Assembly (NCBI GenBank): GCA_965215885.1
Contig: CBDCEW010000096.1
Coordinates: 32,001 to 96,000, forward strand
Source: Candidatus Moanibacter sp.
Lineage (GTDB): Bacteria > Verrucomicrobiota > Verrucomicrobiia > Opitutales > UBA2987
Direction of reading: 5' to 3'
Length of the DNA: 64,000 bases
The position numbers were made by a program, and so were the translations under genes. A model generated the notes under the pieces. That model searched no databases. It saw nothing but the letters and a program-made list of their open reading frames with translations, and was not told where the DNA came from. This document shows positions 17,744 through 28,467 of this stretch, one piece after another (position 1 is the stretch's first letter; each line of letters begins with the position of its first letter).

Positions 17744-19354
17744 TTAGATACCGTCTAAGCTTTCGCCCTGCTTCTTCAGACGCGAAATAAACCACTCCTG
17801 AAGCCCCCTCTTATTGACTTTCCCCGTATCGGTCAGTGGCATCTCCTCGTTGGTCATAAACGCGAATTGAGCCGGCACCTTATAAGCCGCCAACTCCGTC
17901 CGGCAAAATTGCCGCAATTCATCCACTGTCATTTGATCTCCCTCCCGGAAAACAACGGCAGCCGCCAGCACTTCATCTTTCTCCGAATCCGGAATACCCA
18001 CAACAATAGCCTGATCGATACTGGAGCAGGATAGCAGGACCTCCTCGACCTCAGCCGGCGCCACGTTTATGCCCCCGGTCTTCACCATTTCTTTGATCCT
18101 CCCGCGGAAGTGAAGATAACCTGCCTTATCAAAAAGGCCGAGATCGCCGGTGAGAAAGAATCCTTCTTTATCGAATGGAGAGTGTGACGAATTTTCGGGA
18201 CGGTGGTAGCCTTTCGTCACGTAACCGCGAATTTTGATCTCACCGACATCACCTTGCGCTAACGGACGGTGTGTTTGTGGATCGGCGATGACAACTTCGG
18301 TCCCCGGGAGCGGCCTGCCACAAGTGCGGGTACGGATCTCAGGGGAATCCCTACCGTCATTAACGGTGCTGTTGCCATAGCACTCTGTTAAACCGTAACA
18401 ACTCGCCACTTCCGTGGCCCCCAGTTCAATCAAATGGGGTACCGCTGGTGGCAGGGTAAGACCGCTTCGCAGGCTGGAGAGATCCCGCCCACCGCGTCCC
18501 GCGCACCCGTGCAAGGCAAGCGCCATATTCGGTACCGCGTAAAGCGCGGTGCAATGCTCGCGCTTGATCAGCATTAATGCTTCCTCGGGATCAAAACGAT
18601 GCTGCAGGACAATGCTGCTCCCATGCGTCATCACCGCAAAGAGCGCATTTCCACAAGCAAAAATCCAAAACAGTGATACGCCAAGCAGCATGCGGTCTTT
18701 TTCCGTCAGGTGCATGCGTTCACCGATTCCGTGCATATTCTCAATCAGCCCGTAATGCTGAACTGGCACCGCCTTAGGCCACGCCGTCGAGCCGGACGTA
18801 TACAACAGGTAGGCAACGTCGCCCGGTTCGACCGTCTCTTGAATCTGATCGATTACGCTGTCCGGGATGTCTTTTCCAAGCTCCCATATTTCCGCGAGCG
18901 AACGTATTCCAGGGCGCTCTCCACCACCCAGGCACACAATTTCGCGCAATTTTGGCACCGCCTCGTTGCGATTTTCCATATTCTGCACCATCGCCAGATA
19001 ATCGTGCTTTAGATAGCGATCGACCAGGACGAGCACCGAGGCTTCCGCATGAGCCAGAGCGTAATGCAACTCCCTCTGTCGCCACCAGGTATTCAGCCCA
19101 AGGAGCGTGCCTCCCAGCATGGTCACGGCAAAATCGACCAGAAGCCACTCCGTCTGGTTTCCCATCAGAAGCGCCACCGTCTCCCCCTTCTTGACCCCAA
19201 TTCTGTAAAACCCCTTGCCCAGATCACGCACCCGGTGTCGAAACTCCGAGTATATTAATCGCTCGTCGCCATAAACCAGAAATTCACGCTCCGGGTACCT
19301 CCGGACCATCTCGTCGAGCAATCCTGGCATAGTGCGACTATCCGGCATTCTCAT
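17744..19354 (-). CDS. Acyl-CoA synthetase (AMP-binding)
   Basis: YTSGSTAWPK, YGLTE, TGDLG, GRIKEMVKTGG and TGKV motifs. Confidence 0.92.
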   Translation of the reverse strand: MRMPDSRTMPGLLDEMVRRYPEREFLVYGDERLIYSEFRHRVRDLGKGFYRIGVKKGETVALLMGNQTEWLLVDFAVTMLGGTLLGLNTWWRQRELHYALAHAEASVLVLVDRYLKHDYLAMVQNMENRNEAVPKLREIVCLGGGERPGIRSLAEIWELGKDIPDSVIDQIQETVEPGDVAYLLYTSGSTAWPKAVPVQHYGLIENMHGIGERMHLTEKDRMLLGVSLFWIFACGNALFAVMTHGSSIVLQHRFDPEEALMLIKREHCTALYAVPNMALALHGCAGRGGRDLSSLRSGLTLPPAVPHLIELGATEVASCYGLTECYGNSTVNDGRDSPEIRTRTCGRPLPGTEVVIADPQTHRPLAQGDVGEIKIRGYVTKGYHRPENSSHSPFDKEGFFLTGDLGLFDKAGYLHFRGRIKEMVKTGGINVAPAEVEEVLLSCSSIDQAIVVGIPDSEKDEVLAAAVVFREGDQMTVDELRQFCRTELAAYKVPAQFAFMTNEEMPLTDTGKVNKRGLQEWFISRLKKQGESLDGI

Positions 19355-19978
19355 GGCTGATCCTCCAATCGCAGATACATGTCGATGATCGGGGGCTTTT
19401 CATCCGCCTCCCCATTGCCAATCGCACACCAGATTATGTTCAAAACCAAACAAATTTCCCGTGTTCGTTTCATCTTACCCATTTCTCCTTTGATCAACAG
19501 AACTGCAACAGCGCATCGAGACAAGCAAGGACCAATCGAACCGGCCTTCGATTCTTTAGATTCTATGTTCGTATTTCGGCGAAATACGAACAAACACCTG
19601 AAACGCTCAAACAGAAGATCCTTCCGATCGGTCAGATAGCCGCGTATGCCTGAACTTTCAGGCCTGACGGCTTCAAGTCAGCGGAGTCCCGGTGCGCACG
19701 ACGCGGCCCGATCAAACAGGGGTGAAACTTGCGGCGTCCAGGAAGACGAAAAGCTTCCGCTTTCCGCGACACCCTTCGAGCCGGATAGTAGTAGCGGAAA
19801 GCGGAAGCTTCTCGTCCCTGTTGCCACCCAATTAAGCCATTATAAGCCGCCCGCCAACCAGTTAATTACCGTAAGACTGTCGAACGGCATGGACATTAAA
19901 GCTCCAAGTCAAATTGGCCGATGCAACCCGAGCTAGCCCGAACATCTCACTACCGATTCCGCATCAGCGACAGACATC

Positions 19979-21226
19979 CTAGAGATTTCCCGACTCCTGG
20001 GTAAACCGTACCGGCATCCTCTTAATACCACCGTGGTGATAGGAGAGCAGGCGCTCAGGCGGTGCGGTTACTTCGATGTCGGGGAGGCGCCGGAATAAAT
20101 CCGTGAAAAGGATGCGCATCTCCAGTTCCGCCAACCTCGCCCCGACACAGAAATGCTGGCCGGCCCCAAATGCGAGATGGGTGGGCCCTTCGCGCGTCAT
20201 GTCAAACTTGAATGGATCTTCGAATATCTCTTCGTCCCGGTTTCCTGAAAGGTACCACAGGACAACTTTGTCTCCCTGCCGAATTTTCTTTCCCCGGATT
20301 TCCGTATCTGCGATCGCTGTGCGCCTCATATAATATACCGGTGTCACCCATCGGAGAATCTCATTTACCGCTCCTGTAACGAGGGAGGGGTCATCGAGAA
20401 GCCGTTGGCGTTGGTCGGGGTTTTCCGATAGGGCAAGAAGCCCACCGGAGATGCCGTTGCGGGTCGTTTCGTTTCCCCCAACCATGAGAAGAATGAACAT
20501 GGCGAGATAGCGTGATTGGCTCATCACTTCATCTTCAACCTTGGTATGAACCATCAGCGAAATTAGATCATCACCTGGATTTTCGAGCCGATCGTTCCAC
20601 AGACTCATGGCGTATTCTCCCATTGGCCTGTACAACTCATCGAGTCCCCCTTTATCGGCTATGATCTCCGGATCGAACTCGCCCACGACAATGTCGGTCC
20701 ACTCCAGCAGTTTATGGCGCTCTTCCTGCGGCATTCCGAAGAGATCCGCCAATACCTGTACCGGAAGTTCCTTGGAGACGCACTCCACGAAATCGCACTC
20801 GCCCCTCTCCGCGATCTGATCGATCAGGAACGTAACTCTGGTCTGAATCGGTTCCTCGAATCCATGCACCCGCCTCGGCGCGAATGCCGGAGCCACCACT
20901 TTTCGATGCTTGTTATGTTCCGGAGGATCCATGTTGAGGAGTTGGTAATCCTGGTTGCCGATTGTATCCGTCGGCACGTCCTGTAGAAAGAATCCGCCGT
21001 ACTTCAAATCAGATGAGAATTCCTTCGGATTCTTAGAAACGGCCGTGATGTCTTCGTACTTCGTGATCGACCAATATCCACGGCCGCTCTCTTCCTGCGT
21101 CCAGTGCACCGGATCTTCACTTCTCAAACGCGCGAAGATCTGGTGAATCGTATCATCGAGATACAACTCCGGATCAGCCAGACATACTTGATCGAGATTT
21201 AGCTCTTTTACTTTTTTAGAGATCAT
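19979..21226 (-). CDS. Cytochrome P450 (CYP125/124/142-like)
   Basis: GGNETT I-helix, EILR ExxR motif, and HLAFGAGQHFCVG heme site. Confidence 0.93.
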   Translation of the reverse strand: MISKKVKELNLDQVCLADPELYLDDTIHQIFARLRSEDPVHWTQEESGRGYWSITKYEDITAVSKNPKEFSSDLKYGGFFLQDVPTDTIGNQDYQLLNMDPPEHNKHRKVVAPAFAPRRVHGFEEPIQTRVTFLIDQIAERGECDFVECVSKELPVQVLADLFGMPQEERHKLLEWTDIVVGEFDPEIIADKGGLDELYRPMGEYAMSLWNDRLENPGDDLISLMVHTKVEDEVMSQSRYLAMFILLMVGGNETTRNGISGGLLALSENPDQRQRLLDDPSLVTGAVNEILRWVTPVYYMRRTAIADTEIRGKKIRQGDKVVLWYLSGNRDEEIFEDPFKFDMTREGPTHLAFGAGQHFCVGARLAELEMRILFTDLFRRLPDIEVTAPPERLLSYHHGGIKRMPVRFTQESGNL

Positions 21227-21298
21227 TTTCAAATTAGCGGGGCCGCCCACGCGTTATGGCTTACAAGATCAAAAGGGTGTGAAACTTCCGACAGGAAA

Positions 21299-21367
21299 GT
21301 GGGACAGGCTTCCAGCCTGTCGAAAGTCGTAGCAGGCATCCGCCGACAGGCTGGAAGCCTGTCCCAC
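21299..21367. repeat. REP doublet GTGGGACAGGCTTCCAGCCTGTC
   Basis: Two inverted copies of a GTGG-footed hairpin. Confidence 0.85.
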
Positions 21368-21708
21368 TCATGCAATTCCTCTGTAAAGAAATCGATAATC
21401 ATTCGCCCGAAAACCCCCGGCTTGCCGAGGTGAGCACTGTCGAACTCGGTGAAAACCGTGAGCCTGTCCGACGCAGTACACTCATTTTTCTACACCGATA
21501 TATGACCAGAGAATAGTAGATTCTCACCGCCCAGATCAAACTGATCAACGCTACAAATGTCACGTCTGAATTTTCAGGCTGGAATTCGGTTCGGCTGGTA
21601 TGCTTTGGGACCGTCCAATCAGTCGAGACCTCCGGCATGCTTCGGTTATTCAATAGCCTCTCCCAGAAGTAGATCGATTAGCTATTGAACAATCCGATTA
21701 TAATATCC

Positions 21709-21806
21709 AGTAAAGATCCTCGGGGCAAGCCCCGAGGCATTTGATATTAGACTTTATGAATTAGAAACGAAGCAAGCTTCGGGGAATTAAACCCGAAGCG
21801 ATTAAA
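21709..21806. mobile_element. 98-bp PATE-like element, copy 2
   Basis: Identical to 16065-16162. Confidence 0.8.
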
Positions 21807-21823
21807 TAAGACCCCGGTGAACG

Positions 21824-22698
21824 ATGAAGAATTTGTCGATAGTCGAATCCGCCCGCACTTCACGATCCTCCAGGATTCCCAACACCCGCCTCAAGCGGAT
21901 GCTCGCCGTTATTCTCGTTTCCCTCAAACGGTCGAAAAGCGCCGGTGCCTTCTACCTGAATTTTATAAAGCGGCTCCTCGACGGGGTTCTCGCTTCTGTC
22001 CTTCGCAATAAACCTGCTTTCGCGATGGCCGCCGCCGCCGCGTTCACGGTCAACCTCCCGCCACCGCTTTACGCAGTGGATGTCCCCTTCGGCGCCCAAC
22101 AGGTAATCAGCCTGGCGGATGGCGCCACCTTCGCCTTTGCCGTGGACGGGGATGGGGACATCGACGCGCTCTCGGCCTCGTTTCGTGACGACAAGATCGT
22201 CTGGTTTGACAATACCAATGGGGTTGGAACCGCCTGGACGGCTCGAACCATTACGCCCGCGGCGGATTACGCCTACTCCGTCTTTGCCGGGGACGTGGAC
22301 GGGGATGGGGACATCGACGCACTCTCGGCTTCCCGTAATGACGATAAGATCGTCTGGTATGAGAATACGAATGGGGTTGGAACAGCCTGGACGCCTCGAA
22401 CCATTGCGACCGGGGCGGATTTCGCGTTCTCCGTCTTTGCCGCGACGTGGACGGGGATGGGGACCTCGACGCCCTCTCGGCCTCTACTTATGACGATAAG
22501 ATCGCCTGGTATGAGAATACCAACGGGGTTGGAACAGCCTGGACGGCTCGAACCATTACGACCGGGGCGGATTACGCCTACTCCGTTTTGCCGCTGACGG
22601 GGACGGTGACGGGGACATCGACACGCTCTCGGCCTCGCTTTCTGACGACACGATCGCCTGGTTTGAGAACCGTGGAGGACAGTTTGGCCTCACGACCA
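21824..22698 (+). pseudogene. FG-GAP/VCBS repeat protein, frameshifted and truncated by IS1380
   Basis: About 153-bp tandem units encoding DVDGDGDIDALSAS..DDKIxWYEN, with several frameshifts. Confidence 0.85.
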
Positions 22699-24552
22699 CT
22701 AATCCTAAAATAAGCGCGTTTAAAGGTTGAACAGGAAACTTCGTTATTCCTAACGTTATTTGCCATGCTGGCGGTAGTTTTGCCGCCGCCACCCTTGGGC
22801 TGGTTTCATGTTTTGCTTTTTTTGAGTCATATCCGTTCTGTTTTAACGTTAGTTCTGTCCCCTTTTTTGGATACGCCGACAGTCCTTCCGTTGTGGCTGT
22901 GCGTTCGCGGTTACTTGATCTGCTACCCAGGCGACATAGATCGGAATCGCTCCCAGGTGCTGATAAAATCTCCCATCCACTCGTTCCAGCTTAAAAGCCG
23001 ATAAACAATTCGGCGCCCGCTTCGGATGATTTGCGCGGGGAGCAAGATGATGGCGTGAAGGAAGCGCCGAAACTCCATCTTCACGATCTCCAACCCCCGC
23101 TGGCGGTTGGGCATGAGTAATCCATACCACGCCTTCAGGTTCCAGGCCAATGCTGTCATTACCATATAGGCCCAATTGCTCAAAAGATCATCCACGGGCA
23201 TACGCATCGCATTAACCCCGTTTTTGAGTTGCTCAATAACGTTCTCCTGATCGCAGCGTTGATTCGCAAAGGCGACCACCTGCTCCTTAGTCAGGTCCCT
23301 ACGATTTGTGATATAAAAAAAGTAGCGGATCTCATCAAAGAGCACTACTTCGCCCTTTTGCACACTGATGTTCTTACGCACCACCACCATCCGATAGGTC
23401 TTTTTGCACTTGTTGGGCCGATAGTCCAACTCGGCCACACTTTCTGCCTCCAGCACCTTGTTTTCAAAACCCTTCTGGTGCACGATCCCTTCCTTCACTC
23501 GCGGCGCTTTAGCTCTCGATTCGGTCGCTATTTCATGCTTGGGCAACCGCTCCAGTTCGCTCCAGGCCGTCTCTCTGAACTCCTCGGCCAGTCCCACCAC
23601 TTTGGGATGCGCATCCATTCCGAAGATAAATCCCGTTCCTTCTTCATCCCACCGATCGAAGTTTTCTGTCAACGAAAAGTCCGTATCCCCTCGCAAGCAG
23701 ATTTTCCCCGCATGCGCACGCACAAGTTCCACCGCCCGATCAATCCACTTTACGCATCCCTCATGGCTAGTCTCATTGCCCGGTCGATTCACCATGTAGA
23801 GCACTTCCCTGGTATTTGCCAAACTCACGATCAGCGGTGCATAGCCCCAGATCCCCTTATAGCTTATTCCCATACCCCCTTTGCACTTCCCTCTCGTCTG
23901 CGCTATCGTCCCGTCCACATCGATGAACGCCTCCTCCATGAATCCTTTTGCCTGCTTGTTCCACACCCCTTGCCGTATCCGGTTGATCCCTTCCATCAAT
24001 TTTTCGATCGCGCCTTCATCAAAGCGTCGGGTGAAGTCTCCACTGGTCGTCGGATCCGGTATCCTCTGCGCTCCTAAGGCATTCAGAAAAACCTCGTCCT
24101 TGCGGCGCAATTCGATGTCTTCGAGCCGGATCCCTCCCAATAATGCGTTGTAGGCTATGTTGAGCACATGATCACTCTCATGATACGGCAGGTGGCGCTT
24201 GAGCAACTGCACGCTCTGGTCGAGCTCTTCCACCAACCCCAGTCTCTTCACCATCAGGTGAATCGCTCCTATCCCTCCACAACTCACCCCTTTGCCTCGT
24301 TCGGCCGTCTCGTAGTGGATGTTGCTCGCTTTGAACATCGGTTTGGCCTGTTCAGGCCAGCCCCGATTTCTAAGCCGATGCTTTATTCTTCTCTTGCTAT
24401 TGTGGAGGTTCTTGCGGTATCTTCTTTTCACTCGAAACGTCCTTTTTTCTGGGTGGTTTTTTTGGTCGATTAACAGTTTTCCCAGTATCTAAGCGCGTTT
24501 CGAGCTTTTTATTGCGTTAGGTATATTCCAATCACACTTGTTCGAGGTCTAG
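22699..24552 (-). mobile_element. IS1380-family element
   Basis: Imperfect IR ctaatcctaaaataag / cttgttcgaggtctag; both flanking genes truncated; no TSD seen. Confidence 0.75.
22923..24431 (-). CDS. IS1380 transposase
   Basis: IDVDGT, LRGDTDF and RCDQENVIEQLK DDE motifs; PDPTTSGDF. Confidence 0.9.
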   Translation of the reverse strand: MKRRYRKNLHNSKRRIKHRLRNRGWPEQAKPMFKASNIHYETAERGKGVSCGGIGAIHLMVKRLGLVEELDQSVQLLKRHLPYHESDHVLNIAYNALLGGIRLEDIELRRKDEVFLNALGAQRIPDPTTSGDFTRRFDEGAIEKLMEGINRIRQGVWNKQAKGFMEEAFIDVDGTIAQTRGKCKGGMGISYKGIWGYAPLIVSLANTREVLYMVNRPGNETSHEGCVKWIDRAVELVRAHAGKICLRGDTDFSLTENFDRWDEEGTGFIFGMDAHPKVVGLAEEFRETAWSELERLPKHEIATESRAKAPRVKEGIVHQKGFENKVLEAESVAELDYRPNKCKKTYRMVVVRKNISVQKGEVVLFDEIRYFFYITNRRDLTKEQVVAFANQRCDQENVIEQLKNGVNAMRMPVDDLLSNWAYMVMTALAWNLKAWYGLLMPNRQRGLEIVKMEFRRFLHAIILLPAQIIRSGRRIVYRLLSWNEWMGDFISTWERFRSMSPG

Positions 24553-24762
24553 GCTGTAGTCGAGCGACTTCAGCTTAGTTCCCTTAGAGATTGCAGCACT
24601 CGCGTTCGCAAGGTTCTCAACACTGCTTGCCGCAGCCCGTGGGAGATGATCGGTAATTGCATGTTTGGAATCCCACTCTTGCACTAATGAGTCTGCTATT
24701 CCATAGAACGCCAGCGTCTTCTGATAGACGTGGAGTTTCTCGTGATTGAAGGTAGCGCTCAA
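24553..24762 (-). pseudogene. Four-helix-bundle (23S IVP-like) protein truncated by IS1380
   Basis: FNHEKLHVYQK...DHLPRAAASSVENLA. Confidence 0.75.
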
Positions 24763-24814
24763 GTTTCAGTGGAGATTAGAGCACAGTATTGGACCGCGCA
24801 AGTAGAGATGAAGA

Positions 24815-25005
24815 ATCGACCAAGTTTGCGACAAAGCTTACGATGAGGTTTGAGAGGGTAAGATTTCCCGAAACTTTGTCGCGAGCTTTGTCGTTAGCTT
24901 CGTCGACATCTTTCCGGTCGCAGCCGGTTCATTCCGGCCGCCCGAGGAGAAGAAAGTAGAATCGGAGAATCGACCAAGTTTACGACGAAGCTTACGACAA
25001 AGACT
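24815..25005. repeat. cgacaaag/ctttgtcg 12-bp subunit repeats
   Basis: Same family as 4761-5260; also at 47845-47912. Confidence 0.8.
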
Positions 25006-25092
25006 CCCTAACGAGGCGAAGACTTCAGGTTCCGTTCTCGGCATTCTTGATGTCTCTCGATTGCCGGGATTGATTGCAAGGGAAGATAACGA

Positions 25093-26526
25093 GTGACATC
25101 TCGACGGGATTTCATAAAATTGACCGGATTAATTGTTTCCAGCATGGCTTTCCCCGCGATCGACTCTAAGTCGGGATTAGTTAAGAGTAGACCGAATATC
25201 CTCTGGATTCATGTGGACGATATTTCTCCCCACACGAGCTGTTACGGGGAGACGGCAATAGAGACGCCTAATATCGACCGTCTGGCACGGGAAGGCGTGC
25301 TCTTCAGAAATGCATTTTCAACCTCACCGGTATGTTCTCCGGCCCGTTCGGCGTTGATCACGGGGATGTACCAGACTTCGATTAATGCTCAGCATCATCG
25401 TTCCTATCGCTATAAAGTGAAAAATGAGCTGCCCGAGTTCGTTGAAACGCTACCCCGGACGTTTCAAAACCATGGATACTATACCGTCCTGGCTCATGTA
25501 CAACATCCAGCCAAACAGCGATATTTTCCGGCAAATCCGAAGAACCTGGGAAAATCAGACTACAATTTTGAGTGGGATACCGAGATCTACGATTCAGGTG
25601 GCTCTCCCGGACTGCAGTTCAATGATTGGAAGGGCTGGACTCCCGATAATCCATTCTTCGCGCAGGTGCAACTGCGAGGGGGGAAATGCCGACCAAAAGA
25701 CATCGCGGATAGCATCAACCGGAAAAGCATCCGATACCCTCCCTATTATCCCCACCATCCGATTCTTAGCGAGCGTTGGGCCGATTACCTCGCGTCTTTA
25801 ATCCATCTCGACAAGGAAGTAGGTCTGATTCTGGATCAATTGGAATCCCGCGGTCTCAAGGAAAGCACGGTAGTCTTCTTCTTCTCGGATCACGGTCTCG
25901 AGCATATTCGACACAAGCAGAGCCTCTATGACGGCGGCATCCAAATTCCTCTGATCGTACGATGGCCGGCAACCGTGACGCCGGACACAAGACGGTCCGA
26001 TCCAGTCCTTCAGATCGATATCGCGGCATCTTCTCTGGAAGCGGCAGGTATACCAATTCCCGCACGTATGGAAGGCGTTCCCCTATTCGGAGCCAACTCT
26101 CGCACACGAGAATTTATCGTTGCGGCACGCGATCGCAGCGGAGCAGATATCGACCGGATACGCTGTGTTCGCACCGAACGGTTTAAGTACATTCGTAATT
26201 TCCACCCGAACAAACCGTATTTTGAAAATAGCAACTACATGTATAACAGACGCATGTCGAAGGTCATGCGAGAGCTACACGAAGCAGAGAAACTTGATTC
26301 CGTACAAGCGGCGTTTATAGGGCCGCATCGACCTGCTGAGGAATTGTATGATCTGCAGGTTGATCCATACGAGGTGCATAATCTGGCCAAAAGTCAAAAA
26401 TGGCGCAAACTCCTTGCCGACATGAGGAAAATCCTGACTGAATGGATCTGTCAAACCGGTGATATGGGCCAGCATCCAGAGCGCAGGGACGAGATCGACG
26501 AAAATACATGGTACCACCGCACATGA
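25093..26526 (+). CDS. Sulfatase with Tat signal
   Basis: SRRDFIK, PNILWIHVDD, CSPARSALITG and SDHG motifs. Confidence 0.92.
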   Translation: MTSRRDFIKLTGLIVSSMAFPAIDSKSGLVKSRPNILWIHVDDISPHTSCYGETAIETPNIDRLAREGVLFRNAFSTSPVCSPARSALITGMYQTSINAQHHRSYRYKVKNELPEFVETLPRTFQNHGYYTVLAHVQHPAKQRYFPANPKNLGKSDYNFEWDTEIYDSGGSPGLQFNDWKGWTPDNPFFAQVQLRGGKCRPKDIADSINRKSIRYPPYYPHHPILSERWADYLASLIHLDKEVGLILDQLESRGLKESTVVFFFSDHGLEHIRHKQSLYDGGIQIPLIVRWPATVTPDTRRSDPVLQIDIAASSLEAAGIPIPARMEGVPLFGANSRTREFIVAARDRSGADIDRIRCVRTERFKYIRNFHPNKPYFENSNYMYNRRMSKVMRELHEAEKLDSVQAAFIGPHRPAEELYDLQVDPYEVHNLAKSQKWRKLLADMRKILTEWICQTGDMGQHPERRDEIDENTWYHRT

Positions 26527-26573
26527 AACGTCTTCGCGCACAGAAAACACCGAAGATCTCAAAGATTCTCGGG

Positions 26574-26755
26574 CTAGCCCGGACATTTCACACACATCGT
26601 AGCGAGATCGCGTAGCTTGCTGGGAATCAATGCCCTATCGCAGTCCGGCGGGCGACAGCGTGTTAGAACCTTCTGAGGTCGCGGGACAAGAGAAGGCTTT
26701 GAGACGCAGTGAGATCCGCGATCGCAGCAGATGGTTTGTGAAATGTCCGGGCTAG
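26574..26755. mobile_element. MITE family B, copy 2 (182 bp)
   Basis: Perfect terminal IR ctagcccggacatttcaca; collinear with 8436-8617. Confidence 0.87.
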
Positions 26756-26972
26756 GAATTTGCCGGACGTTAGTACGTGTGTAGCGTGATTTGAAGCTGC
26801 CCCGGTCTTGCGCCGGGGTGCCGCACGTTTTACAGCTACAATCAGTCAATGGCACCGCGCTTACCCTCCGCCCCTTCTCGCCCCAGTGCGCCCGGACTGG
26901 GGCGAGAAGGGGCGGAGGGCATGGAAGCATCCGGTGTATAGCAAGAAGCGTGCACCACCCCGGCGCAAGACC

Positions 26973-28346
26973 CATAAGCGCTAACTTGTTTGCTGACCTG
27001 GGAATCTGACCTCTAACTGTGGTCGGCGTTGCCGTGGAGACTCTGCTAAGCCTTGAGCTATATCGTTCCAATTTTCTATCACTTGTCGCAAAGGCACAGC
27101 GGGATCGACGGCCCGCTGGAGTTGATGGAAGACGAAGGCAAACTCACGCCATCGACTCTGCTGTTTTTTCCGGCTCCAGGACATATCCCCAGGGGGAAAT
27201 AGAGATCGCACTTTGAATGATCTTCTCGGTGATCAGGGCCGCGAAGAGCTTGCCATAGAGCCACGCCTTGGCGCTTTCATCGTCATACTTAGGCAGATGT
27301 CCTAACTGTGCGATCTGTTTGAATCGTTTGAAGACCAGTTCCACCTGCCAGCGGATACGATACCATTCGAGCACCTCCAGTGCGGAAAAGAGCGATTCAG
27401 GAAAAGTCGTCAGCACCATGACGTATTCGGCGTAATAGAGCGTTTCGGGCATCAGCTTCTCGCCCCGCCTGCTGGCGATTCGCCGCAATCTCTTGTGGGC
27501 CATGGCGATCGCTTGCTCGCTTTTGCGGATGGCACACACCCGCGCTGGCAACGGGGGCTGATCCGATGCGGGCACCATGACTGGCCAAGCGCCCACCTTG
27601 CCACCGGCCCCGATCTGCTCCAGGCAGGCGGTCAGGTTCAGAACCTCTCCCCGAGGATCGAGCAGCCGTATGTTGTGCGGTGCCAGCCGTATACTTACAA
27701 AAGCCCCTTGGGAGGCTGCATATTGAAGCCCGGAAGCCTGGCAGTATCCCCGATCGGCGATCACGTAGTCACCTGCTGCCAGCGGAAACTGTCTAAGCGA
27801 CTCGCCGGTGCCTTCACCTTGCGCTGGCGTAAGTTTGAAAAAATCGCACGCCATCGAAGGAACTCGCAAGCTATAGTGCACACGCCACAAGCTGCCCGTC
27901 TTCCCGGGTTCCTTCACCATCGTCGCATCGATCAGACGAAACTCCCGTTGCCCCACCGCCCCCAAATCCAGGCCACGCTCGCGAAACAATGCCACGCACA
28001 GCGAATAAAGCCAGTCCTTGCACTTGCGCAGCCGCTTCAGCAACGCTACGTCTGACAGTTCCGCCAACTGCGCCTGGCGCGCACGCACCACGGTTTCGCG
28101 CAGCGAATACCCACATGCCAGGTGCACCATCAGAATCCTCAGCAACTTCCCAGGTGCCTTGTCCCGGCGCAATCCCTTCAACGCGTTGGTCTTCTTAGCC
28201 AATTCTTTCCATTGCGGCGGGAAAAAAGACATCAGCACGCTCCAGTCTTCATCCATCATGGTCGACCTCCCTTCAATTCTGCTAACCTGTTGCGGAAGTC
28301 CACAGCAGGAAATGCACTATGTCAAGCAAACAAGTTAGCGCTTATG
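26973..28346 (-). mobile_element. IS4-family element
   Basis: IR cataagcgctaacttgtttgct; 11-bp TSD ggcgcaagacc at 26962-26972 and 28347-28357. Confidence 0.92.
27144..28259 (-). CDS. IS4 transposase
   Basis: LIDAT, IADRGY and YRIRWQVELVFKRFK motifs. Confidence 0.92.
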   Translation of the reverse strand: MMDEDWSVLMSFFPPQWKELAKKTNALKGLRRDKAPGKLLRILMVHLACGYSLRETVVRARQAQLAELSDVALLKRLRKCKDWLYSLCVALFRERGLDLGAVGQREFRLIDATMVKEPGKTGSLWRVHYSLRVPSMACDFFKLTPAQGEGTGESLRQFPLAAGDYVIADRGYCQASGLQYAASQGAFVSIRLAPHNIRLLDPRGEVLNLTACLEQIGAGGKVGAWPVMVPASDQPPLPARVCAIRKSEQAIAMAHKRLRRIASRRGEKLMPETLYYAEYVMVLTTFPESLFSALEVLEWYRIRWQVELVFKRFKQIAQLGHLPKYDDESAKAWLYGKLFAALITEKIIQSAISISPWGYVLEPEKTAESMA

Positions 28347-28430
28347 GGCGCAAGACCGGGGCAGCCGGCAATCGAATGCAGGACGCTAAACAGGTACGGA
28401 CGTTACGTCCGACAGAAAACTGAGGTAGTC

Positions 28431-28436
28431 CGTCAA
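28431..28436 (-). promoter_or_regulatory. -35 box TTGACG of the IS110 circle-junction promoter
   Basis: Lies 17 bp from the -10 TATAGT (30110-30115) only when the ends are joined at the core. Confidence 0.8.
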
Positions 28437-28467
28437 GGGATTTTTTGAGTTTTTTCTCATGTTGTGT

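Larger units (their letters stand above)
26773..28397. mobile_element. MITE family A carrying an IS4 insertion
   Basis: GTAC-ended arms; 8-bp TSD ggacgtta at 26765-26772 and 28398-28405. Confidence 0.8.

Noticed and set aside
22143..22660. DGR template/variable repeat pair
   Set aside because: These are ordinary FG-GAP coding repeats, the differences are not adenine-specific, and there is no reverse transcriptase in the window.
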